A model generated the notes under the pieces. That model ran no database searches, was not told the DNA's origin, and saw only the letters and a list, made by a program, of their open reading frames with translations. Both the position numbers and the translations under genes were made by a program. Below are positions 45,009-52,666 of a DNA stretch of 62,071 nt, piece after piece. Position 1 is the stretch's first letter. The number at the start of each line of letters is the position of its first letter. This stretch comes from Eubacteriales bacterium (GTDB lineage: Bacteria; Bacillota; Clostridia; Christensenellales; Aristaeellaceae), in contig JAUNLY010000001.1 of assembly GCA_030532025.1 (NCBI GenBank), positions 1 to 62,071 of the forward strand, in the 5' to 3' direction.

Positions 45009-46299
45009 ACGCTTTCATTCGGTAACGCTCGATGCTTCCCGCTGCAAGGGCTGTACAAAATGCCTAAAAAAATGCCCTATGGAAGCAATAAGGGTAAGAG
45101 AAGGCCGTGCATATATACTTGACGAGCGTTGTATAGACTGTGGGGAGTGCATACGCACCTGTAGCTACCACGCTAAGGTTGCCATGACGGATGACTTTTC
45201 TATTATAGAAAAGTATAAATATAAAATAGCCATACCCGCCCCATCCTTATATGGGCAATTTAATAGAATAAAAAACATAGCCACTATACTGGAAGCCTTA
45301 AAGCGTATAGGCTTTACGGAGGTATACGAGGTCGCAAAGGGAGCAGATGTTGTAACGCGCTTTGTACGCGAAAAACTAAAATCGGGGGATTATCCTCGCC
45401 CGCTTATTTCCTCTGCCTGTCCTGCAGTAACCCGTATGATACAGCTTAAATTCCCGACGCTAATACCAAACATAATAAACGTGCGCCAGCCTATGGAAGT
45501 GGCTGCGATGATTGCAAAAAAAGAATTTGCAAAAAAACATAACGCAAATCCGGAAGATATAGGCGTATTTTTTATAACACCATGCGCTGCAAAGGTTACT
45601 GCTATAAGAAACCCCATAGGGCAGAGCAAATCAGAAGTGGACGGCGCAATATCCATAATCGATATATACGCAAGGCTTTTTCCGGTGCTTCAAAATATAG
45701 AAGAAGTAGAGAATAAAGATATAGCAACGCCTTGCGGTGTGGCTTGGGCGAACGCAGGTGGCGAAACGCTTGCAGCAAAAGCTAACCGCTCATTGTCGGT
45801 GGACGGTATAGAAAACGTTATGCACGTGCTGGAAGAGCTTGAAAACGGCAAGCTCAGCAACCTTGACTATTTTGAGGGCGCTGCATGTCCCGGTGGCTGT
45901 GTAGGTGGCCCTTTAACCTACGAAAACCAGTATGTCGCAAGAAATAGGGTTATCCACCTTACAGACAAGCTTAAACCTATACATATAAGCGAAGCTGTAC
46001 CAAACAGCGTGCTCAATTCCTACAACTTAGAGCTTGATGAAGCCATATGTGCAAACAACTCCATGCAGCTTGCCGGTGAGGTTTCCTCCGCTATAGAAAA
46101 AATGGAAAAAATAAACGAGATCACCGAAAAGCTTCCAGGGTACGATTGCGGGTCCTGTGGTTCGCCCACATGCCAATCCTTTGCAGAGGATATAGTAAGG
46201 GGCTATTATTCTATGACGGACTGTATATTCATACTGCGCGATCGCCTTAAGGTTATGGCACAGCAGATGGTAGATATGTCAAACACAAAACGAGAATAG
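45001..46299 (+). CDS. [FeFe]-hydrogenase-like sensory protein (HydS-like, no PAS domain)
   Basis: N-terminal 2x[4Fe-4S] (CKGCTKCLKKCP, CIDCGECIRTCS). H-domain motifs L1 'SSACP', L2 'TPCAAK', L3 'ACPGGCVGGP'. C-terminal 'CGSCGSPTC' Fe-S domain. Confidence 0.75.
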   Translation: MDKRFHSVTLDASRCKGCTKCLKKCPMEAIRVREGRAYILDERCIDCGECIRTCSYHAKVAMTDDFSIIEKYKYKIAIPAPSLYGQFNRIKNIATILEALKRIGFTEVYEVAKGADVVTRFVREKLKSGDYPRPLISSACPAVTRMIQLKFPTLIPNIINVRQPMEVAAMIAKKEFAKKHNANPEDIGVFFITPCAAKVTAIRNPIGQSKSEVDGAISIIDIYARLFPVLQNIEEVENKDIATPCGVAWANAGGETLAAKANRSLSVDGIENVMHVLEELENGKLSNLDYFEGAACPGGCVGGPLTYENQYVARNRVIHLTDKLKPIHISEAVPNSVLNSYNLELDEAICANNSMQLAGEVSSAIEKMEKINEITEKLPGYDCGSCGSPTCQSFAEDIVRGYYSMTDCIFILRDRLKVMAQQMVDMSNTKRE

Positions 46300-46307
46300 G
46301 AGAAAAT

Positions 46308-46646
46308 ATGACCGTAGAAACAATACAGGAATTGCTAAACGCAAAGCTGTTAAATAAGGCAAGCTTAAACAATACCGCAAAATGCGGCTATGTATGCGAC
46401 CTTTTAAGCTGGGTTATGGCTAAAGCGCAGTCGGGCTGCGTGTGGGTTACCGTACAAACCCATATGAATGTTGTTGCGGTTGCAAGCCTTAAGGAGATGA
46501 GCTGCATAGTTCTTCCGGAAGACATTATAATGCCGGAGGAACCTTTAAAAAAGGCCGAAGAAGAGAACATACCGGTTTTATCAAGCCCTTTAAGTGCATA
46601 CGAAATCTGTGCAAGGCTTAATTTACAAGGTCTCCCTCCCTGCTGA
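46308..46646 (+). CDS. DRTGG domain protein (2)
   Basis: 112 aa. 'VCDLLSWVMAKAQSGCVWVTVQTHMNVVAVASL' parallels the first DRTGG protein. Confidence 0.65.
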   Translation: MTVETIQELLNAKLLNKASLNNTAKCGYVCDLLSWVMAKAQSGCVWVTVQTHMNVVAVASLKEMSCIVLPEDIIMPEEPLKKAEEENIPVLSSPLSAYEICARLNLQGLPPC

Positions 46647-47326
46647 TGCTTTATTACGACCTGCACATACACAGCTGTCTGTCCCCCTGTGGCGATACAG
46701 ATATGACGCCAAACAACATATGCGCCATGGCGCATATAAAGGGGCTTGACTGCATTGCCTTAACCGACCATAACAGCACGGGCAATGTGCGTGCTATGTA
46801 TAAGGCCGCTCAAAAGTTCAACATAAATTTTATTGCGGGAATAGAGCTGAACACGGCGGAGGAAGTTCATTTACTCGCCTATTTCCCAAATGTTTCTAAA
46901 GCTGAAAGTTTTAATTCTTATATTGCCCCCTACAGGCTCCATATAAAAAACAAAGCAGAATTTTTTGGCGAACAATATTATGTTGACGAAAATGACGATA
47001 TTATAAAAACCGAGGAAGATTTATTAATTAGTCCGCTTACCTTACCCTTTGACGATGCCGTAAAAAAAATAAGAAGTTTTGGTGGAGTGCCCGTACCCGC
47101 ACATATATTCAGGAGCAGCGGGCTTGTTTCTATGCTTGGCTTTATACCAGAAAGCGCCTGTATAAATACTGTGGAAATAACAAAGGAAGAAAAAGCCCCG
47201 CAAAATTACAAGACACTTATTTCCTCCGATGCACATTATTTAGGGGATATTTCCGAAAGAGAAAACGCCCTTCCCTGCGAAAACAACACGGCGGAAATAC
47301 TTGCCTATTTAGATAAATATATGTAG
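46646..47326 (+). CDS. PHP-domain metal-dependent phosphoesterase
   Basis: 'YDLHIHSCLSPCGD...ALTDHNS...' His/Asp PHP motifs. TGATG overlap with the upstream gene. Confidence 0.8.
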   Translation: MLYYDLHIHSCLSPCGDTDMTPNNICAMAHIKGLDCIALTDHNSTGNVRAMYKAAQKFNINFIAGIELNTAEEVHLLAYFPNVSKAESFNSYIAPYRLHIKNKAEFFGEQYYVDENDDIIKTEEDLLISPLTLPFDDAVKKIRSFGGVPVPAHIFRSSGLVSMLGFIPESACINTVEITKEEKAPQNYKTLISSDAHYLGDISERENALPCENNTAEILAYLDKYM

Positions 47327-47446
47327 CGGGACGGAATCTGCCCGCACGGGACGGAAAATTATCTTTTTACCGTCTGCAATGCGACACCATTTAGCATTTT
47401 TATGTTAATATATGCGATGGATAATTTGTTTTAGGAGGTCTGCACA

Positions 47447-47920
47447 TTGTCTGAAAGAACAGAAAAAATGGAACAGATAGAGCGCTATATTGCTGAATAC
47501 AAGGGCGATGAAACGGCTCTTATGCGCGTTATGCAGTATGCCCAGAACGTTTTGGGCTGCGTCCCTATTGACGTACAGATTAAGATTGCCGAAGGGCTAG
47601 GCGTTACGCTGTCTGAGGTTTACGGCGTAGCGACATTCTATTCGCAGTTTGCGCTTGAACCCAAGGGCAAATACGTAATCAGCGTATGTATGGGTACTGC
47701 GTGTTATGTACGTGGAAGCCAAGCCGTGCTCGATAGAATATGCGAGGAGCTTGACATACAGCCTGGCAAAACCAGCAAAGACGGCAAGTTCACCCTGCAA
47801 GCCACACGCTGCATAGGTGCCTGCGGTCTTGCACCCGTTATGACAATAAACGAGGAAGTACACGGCAGAATAACTGCAGACGATGTGCCCGGCATATTAA
47901 AGCCCTATCGCGAAAAATGA
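47447..47920 (+). CDS. hydC: NuoE-like [2Fe-2S] subunit of bifurcating [FeFe]-hydrogenase (HydC)
   Basis: TTG start 8 nt after AGGAGG. 'CMGTACYVRG...CIGACGLAPV' 2Fe-2S motif. Confidence 0.9.
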   Translation: MSERTEKMEQIERYIAEYKGDETALMRVMQYAQNVLGCVPIDVQIKIAEGLGVTLSEVYGVATFYSQFALEPKGKYVISVCMGTACYVRGSQAVLDRICEELDIQPGKTSKDGKFTLQATRCIGACGLAPVMTINEEVHGRITADDVPGILKPYREK

Positions 47921-48465
47921 AAGACCTTTCCCTGCATATTGCAGACCTTTGTCAAAACAGCATAGCGGCAAAAGCTAAAAACATAAGATTAAAGCTTGAT
48001 TTAAAGCAAGACACGCTGTTTTTCTCCCTCAAGGACGATGGCAAAGGTATGCCGCAGGATAAGGCTCAGGCGGCCTTAAGTCCCTTTGTTACAAGCCGCA
48101 CAACAAGAAAGGTTGGCCTTGGCATACCGCTTGCAAAGCAAAGCGCAGAACAAAGCGGTGGAATGTTTAAAATAAACAGCCGCGAAAACGAGGGTACGGA
48201 AATCAGTGCAAGCTATATACTGTCTAATATAGATTGTATACCCTTAGGGGATATAGCAGGTACAGTATCAAGCCTTATGAGCGCAAACGACAATATCTTT
48301 TTCTGGGTGGATATATCAAAGGACGACAAGCAGTTTTCCGTTTCCACAGAGCAGCTTAAAGAGATTTTGGACGGGATACCCTTATATGAACCGCAGGTTG
48401 CGCTATGGCTCAATAAATACATCGAAGAAAACACATTAGATATATTGGGAGGCTACATCACGTGA
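47917..48465 (+). CDS. GHKL (histidine-kinase-like) ATPase embedded in the hydrogenase operon
   Basis: 'DLCQNSIAA' N-box, 'DDGKGM' G1, 'GLGIPL' G2. ATGA overlap with hydC. 182 aa, with no HisKA/DHp domain. Confidence 0.7.
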   Translation: MKDLSLHIADLCQNSIAAKAKNIRLKLDLKQDTLFFSLKDDGKGMPQDKAQAALSPFVTSRTTRKVGLGIPLAKQSAEQSGGMFKINSRENEGTEISASYILSNIDCIPLGDIAGTVSSLMSANDNIFFWVDISKDDKQFSVSTEQLKEILDGIPLYEPQVALWLNKYIEENTLDILGGYIT

Positions 48466-48842
48466 AAACGCTTGAAGAATTAAGAGCAATAAGAGAAAAT
48501 ACGCTTAAAAATATCAACGTGCGAAAAGATGACAAATCTGCCATTATCCGCATAGTTGTAGGCATGGCGACCTGTGGCATAGCAGCTGGCGCACGCCCTG
48601 TTATGCAGGCTTTCATAGAGGAAGCGGCATTGCGTGGACTAAACCATGTGCAGATTACACAAACGGGCTGTATAGGGCTTTGCCGTTACGAACCTATGGC
48701 GGATGTTTTTATCCCTGGGCAAGAGAAGGTAACCTATATCAACCTGACCCCCGAAAAGGCAAAACGCATAGTGCTTGAGCATATAGTAAACGGAAACCCC
48801 GTTATCGAATATGCCATAGGTTCGGCGGAAAACAACAAATAA
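48462..48842 (+). CDS. Thioredoxin-like [2Fe-2S] ferredoxin (HydD-like)
   Basis: 'GMATCGIAAGA' and 'TGCIGLCRYEPM' Cys motifs. 126 aa. Overlaps the upstream stop. Confidence 0.8.
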   Translation: MKTLEELRAIRENTLKNINVRKDDKSAIIRIVVGMATCGIAAGARPVMQAFIEEAALRGLNHVQITQTGCIGLCRYEPMADVFIPGQEKVTYINLTPEKAKRIVLEHIVNGNPVIEYAIGSAENNK

Positions 48843-48851
48843 GGAGGCAAT

Positions 48852-50645
48852 ATGGAGTTATTTCGTTCGCATGTATTGGTCTGCGGTGGTACTGGTTGTA
48901 CCTCTTCAGGCTCTAACATGATACTTGAAAATTTCGAAGCGGAACTTAAAAAACATCAGCTTGAAAACGAGGTAAAGGTAATACAGACGGGCTGTTTTGG
49001 CCTGTGCGAAGCGGGCCCTGTGGTAATAGTATACCCAGACGGTACGTTCTATTCCCATGTAAAACCCGAAGACGTAAAAGAAATTACCGAAGAGCACCTT
49101 TTAAAGGGTCGTGTTGTACGCCGCCTTGTTTATACCGACAGGGGAGACCACCACGATGCCGGCAAACCGCTTGACGAGATATCGTTTTACAAGCACCAGA
49201 CAAGGATTGCCCTGCGCAACTGCGGTGTTATAGACCCCGAAAACATAGACGAATACATAGCTTTTGACGGTTATAAGGCGCTTGCAACATGTCTTACCGA
49301 AAAAACGCCACAGGACGTTTTGGACCTAATAACCGAAGCCAACTTAAGAGGGCGTGGCGGCGGCGGTTTCCCCGCAGGTAAAAAATGGCAGTTTGCGGCA
49401 AACAGCAAGTCCGACAAGAAATACGTAATATGCAACGCGGACGAGGGTGACCCCGGCGCATTTATGGACCGCTCCATATTAGAGGGCGACCCGCACAGCG
49501 TGCTTGAAGCCATGGCAATATGCGGCTACTCCATAGGTTCTGACGAAGGTTATATATATGTCCGTGCAGAATACCCAATAGCGGTAGAAAGGCTTGAAAC
49601 CGCCATCAGACAGGCGCGTGAATACGGCCTTTTGGGCAAAAATATATTAGGTACAGATTTTAGCTTTGATATACACTTACGCCTTGGCGCCGGTGCCTTC
49701 GTCTGTGGCGAAGAAACTGCGCTTATGGCATCAATAGAGGGTAAACGCGGAGAACCAAGGCCAAAGCCTCCGTTCCCTGCGGTTGCGGGATTGTTTGGCA
49801 AACCCACCAATATAAACAACGTTGAAACATATGCAAACGTCCCCCATATTATAAACAAGGGTGTGGAATGGTTCCGCTCATTGGGTACGGAAAAATCTCC
49901 CGGTACCAAGGTATTTGCCTTGGGCGGCAAGATAAACAACACGGGTCTTGTGGAAATATCCATGGGCACGCCCCTAAGAAACGTAATATACGATATAGGC
50001 GGCGGCATACCAAAGGGTAAGGAATTTAAGGCAGTGCAGACGGGTGGACCGTCCGGTGGCTGCATACCAGCTTCGCTTCTTGATGTACCAATAGAGTACG
50101 ACTCGCTGGTTGAAATCGGCTCTATGATGGGTTCCGGCGGTATGATAGTCATGGACGAGGACAACTGCATGGTGGACATTGCCCGTTTCTTCTTGGACTT
50201 CACCGTTGAAGAAAGCTGCGGCAAATGCACGCCCTGCCGTATAGGTACCAAACGCATGCTTGAAATATTAGACAGAATTGTCGAAGGCAAGGGACGCGAC
50301 GGCGATATAGAAAAGCTCGAACGCCTTGCAGAAACTATAAGCTCTTCTTCGCTTTGCGGCTTGGGACAGACAGCGCCAAACCCCGTTTTATCAACGCTGC
50401 GCTACTTTAGAGACGAGTACGAAGCGCATATATACGAGAAACGCTGCCCCGCCCACCATTGTAAGAAACTCTTGCATCTTGAGATTACGGACAACTGCCG
50501 CGGCTGTACCGCTTGTGCCAGGGTATGTCCGGTGGAAGCCATATCCGGCGAGGTAAGGAACAAACACTACATAGATCCGGATAAATGCACAAAGTGCTTT
50601 TCCTGCATTGAGAAATGCCGCTTTGGCGCCATTGTAAAGGTTTGA
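48852..50645 (+). CDS. hydB: NuoF-like FMN/NAD(H)-binding subunit of bifurcating [FeFe]-hydrogenase (HydB)
   Basis: N-terminal 2Fe-2S. 'GRGGGGFPAGKKW' FMN site. 'ESCGKCTPCRIG' N3 cluster. C-terminal 2x[4Fe-4S] (CRGCTACARVCP, CTKCFSCIEKC). Confidence 0.93.
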   Translation: MELFRSHVLVCGGTGCTSSGSNMILENFEAELKKHQLENEVKVIQTGCFGLCEAGPVVIVYPDGTFYSHVKPEDVKEITEEHLLKGRVVRRLVYTDRGDHHDAGKPLDEISFYKHQTRIALRNCGVIDPENIDEYIAFDGYKALATCLTEKTPQDVLDLITEANLRGRGGGGFPAGKKWQFAANSKSDKKYVICNADEGDPGAFMDRSILEGDPHSVLEAMAICGYSIGSDEGYIYVRAEYPIAVERLETAIRQAREYGLLGKNILGTDFSFDIHLRLGAGAFVCGEETALMASIEGKRGEPRPKPPFPAVAGLFGKPTNINNVETYANVPHIINKGVEWFRSLGTEKSPGTKVFALGGKINNTGLVEISMGTPLRNVIYDIGGGIPKGKEFKAVQTGGPSGGCIPASLLDVPIEYDSLVEIGSMMGSGGMIVMDEDNCMVDIARFFLDFTVEESCGKCTPCRIGTKRMLEILDRIVEGKGRDGDIEKLERLAETISSSSLCGLGQTAPNPVLSTLRYFRDEYEAHIYEKRCPAHHCKKLLHLEITDNCRGCTACARVCPVEAISGEVRNKHYIDPDKCTKCFSCIEKCRFGAIVKV

Positions 50646-50658
50646 CGGGAGGACATAT

Positions 50659-52410
50659 ATGGTAAATTTAACTATAGACGGTAAACAGGTACAGGTAAAG
50701 GACGGCACTTCGGTACTGGAGGCTGCAAGACAGGCGCATATACATATTCCCACACTGTGTTTTTTAAAAGGCACAAACGCAATAGGCGCATGCCGTGTGT
50801 GCGTGGTAGACGCAGGGGCTAGAACTCTTCAAGCAAGCTGCGTGTTGGAAGCCCGCGAAGGCATGGTTGTAAATACCAATACTCCAAAGGTACGTGAAGC
50901 CAGAAAAACCATAGTAGAACTTATATTAAGCAACCACGACAAGAAATGCTTGTCTTGCGTGCGCAACCAAAACTGCGAGCTGCAAAAACTTGCTATGGAT
51001 TTAGGCATAGACGATGCCGACTGCTTCAACGGCGAAGACAACAAGTTTGAAATAGACCACAGCTCAAAATGTATAGAGCGTGACAACAACAAATGCATAC
51101 TCTGCCGTCGCTGCGTTGCCGTGTGCAAAAATAGCCAGGCCTGCGGCGTTATAGGCCCCGTCAACCGTGGCTTTAAAACGAGCATAGAATCCCCTTGGGA
51201 GCTGCCTATAAATTCCACCGCTTGCATAGGCTGTGGCCAGTGTGTGGTAGCTTGCCCCACAGGTGCGCTACGTGAAACAAGCGAAATAGATAGGGTGTGG
51301 AACATGCTTGCGGACGACGATTTGCACGTGGTCGTGCAGACGGCGCCCGCCGTGCGTGCAGCTCTCGGAGAAGAATTTGGCATTAAGATGGGCACCAATG
51401 TAACTGGAAGAATGGTTGCGGCATTAAGGCGCCTGCGCTTTAACAAGGTGTTCGATACCGACTTTGCGGCTGATCTTACCATAATGGAAGAAGCTACAGA
51501 ACTTCTTGAAAGAATAAACAATAACGGCGTGCTCCCTATGATTACTTCCTGCTCGCCCGGCTGGATTAATTATTGCGAAGTCTATTATCCGGAGTTTATT
51601 TCAAACCTTTCAAGCTGCAAATCCCCCCACGAGATGATGGGCGCGGTTATAAAAAGCTATTATGCCGAAAAGGAAAACATACCGGTAGAAAAAATACGCG
51701 TGGTATCTGTAATGCCGTGCACCGCTAAAAAAGGCGAGGCAAGGCGTCCTCAGCTGGCTGCAACGGGTTATCCGGATGTTGACGCCGTTATAACGACCAG
51801 AGAGCTTGCTAAGATGATTAAAGCTTCCGGTATGGATTTTGTAAACCTCCCCGAAGAAAGCTTTGACCCCATTCTTGGCGAAAGCACGGGTGCTGGTGTA
51901 ATATTTGGTGCGACGGGCGGCGTTATGGAAGCGGCTTTAAGAACCGCCTATGAAACCATTACAGGCGAAACGCTCGATAATTTAGACTTTACCGCAGTGC
52001 GTGGCATATCCGGTATAAAGGAAGCATCGGTAAACATTGGCGGTACGACGCTTAATGTGGCTGTAGCAAACGGCACCGCAAACGCTAAAAAACTGCTCGA
52101 CAGAATTAAGTCCGGCGAAAAGCAATACCACTTTATAGAGATAATGGGTTGCCCGGGTGGCTGCGTAAACGGTGGCGGACAGCCGGTTATACCCGCAGAA
52201 CTTAGGTTTGAAATAGACCCGCGTGTAGAACGCGCCAAGGCGCTTTACCGCGAGGACGCAGAAAAGGTATTGCGCAAGAGCCACGAAAACCCAAGCATCA
52301 AGAAAATATACGAGGAGTTTTTCGAAAAACCCAACAGTTACAAGGCTCATCACCTGTTGCACACCACCTATAAACAGGAGCCTAAGTACAAAATAGTACC
52401 GGAAATCTAA
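50659..52410 (+). CDS. hydA: [FeFe]-hydrogenase catalytic subunit (HydA, M3 architecture, trimeric/bifurcating type)
   Basis: N-terminal 2Fe-2S. 'HDKKCLSCVRNQNC' His-ligated cluster. 2x[4Fe-4S]. H-cluster L2 'MPCTAKKGE' and L3 'EIMGCPGGCVNGGGQP'. L1 reads 'TSCSPGW'. Confidence 0.93.
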   Translation: MVNLTIDGKQVQVKDGTSVLEAARQAHIHIPTLCFLKGTNAIGACRVCVVDAGARTLQASCVLEAREGMVVNTNTPKVREARKTIVELILSNHDKKCLSCVRNQNCELQKLAMDLGIDDADCFNGEDNKFEIDHSSKCIERDNNKCILCRRCVAVCKNSQACGVIGPVNRGFKTSIESPWELPINSTACIGCGQCVVACPTGALRETSEIDRVWNMLADDDLHVVVQTAPAVRAALGEEFGIKMGTNVTGRMVAALRRLRFNKVFDTDFAADLTIMEEATELLERINNNGVLPMITSCSPGWINYCEVYYPEFISNLSSCKSPHEMMGAVIKSYYAEKENIPVEKIRVVSVMPCTAKKGEARRPQLAATGYPDVDAVITTRELAKMIKASGMDFVNLPEESFDPILGESTGAGVIFGATGGVMEAALRTAYETITGETLDNLDFTAVRGISGIKEASVNIGGTTLNVAVANGTANAKKLLDRIKSGEKQYHFIEIMGCPGGCVNGGGQPVIPAELRFEIDPRVERAKALYREDAEKVLRKSHENPSIKKIYEEFFEKPNSYKAHHLLHTTYKQEPKYKIVPEI

Positions 52411-52427
52411 TCAAAAAAGTTAATCTG

Positions 52428-52465
52428 CAAAGCTGCCTTAGGGCAGCTTTGTACTTGGTTTTATT
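52428..52465 (+). terminator. Intrinsic terminator after hydA
   Basis: 10-bp perfect stem CAAAGCTGCC/GGCAGCTTTG with loop TTAG. A T-rich tract lies a few nt downstream. Confidence 0.6.
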
Positions 52466-52489
52466 TATAGGGTTTTTGATTAAATATTA

Positions 52490-52645
52490 TACTAATCCCG
52501 CACATTAATGCTTTGATAAACTTGTCTTTTTTTGATTTTGCTTTGCCTCCCTCAGTCAGCGTAGCGCCGCTACTTTTCCTTCATTCGGCTTTGCAAAAAA
52601 GAAAAAATCCTGCGTTTCTCTTTGCATTAACGATTTGGATTAGTA
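52490..52645. repeat. MITE-like palindromic intergenic repeat, copy B (most complete, 156 bp)
   Basis: Terminal inverted repeat TACTAATCC...GGATTAGTA. The second-tier arms TTAATGC...GCATTAA and TTTTGC..GCC/GGC..GCAAAA are symmetric. TA flanks both ends. Confidence 0.75.
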
Positions 52646-52666
52646 TTCAATAGAAAGGGAATCTAT

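Noticed and set aside
49550-50290. Long antisense ORFs inside strongly conserved genes. Examples: 49550-50290(-) 246 aa, 50829-51521(-) 230 aa, 30038-30832(-) 264 aa, 59762-60427(-) 221 aa, 13799-14443(+) 214 aa, 61281-61817(-) 178 aa, 10071-10460(-), and 34483-34953(-).
   Set aside because: All are fully nested opposite genes with unmistakable family motifs (hydB, hydA, uvrC, murF-like, ftsH, ddl). They have Ser/Pro/Ala/Leu-rich low-complexity composition, no RBS and no recognisable domains. They are typical shadow ORFs.
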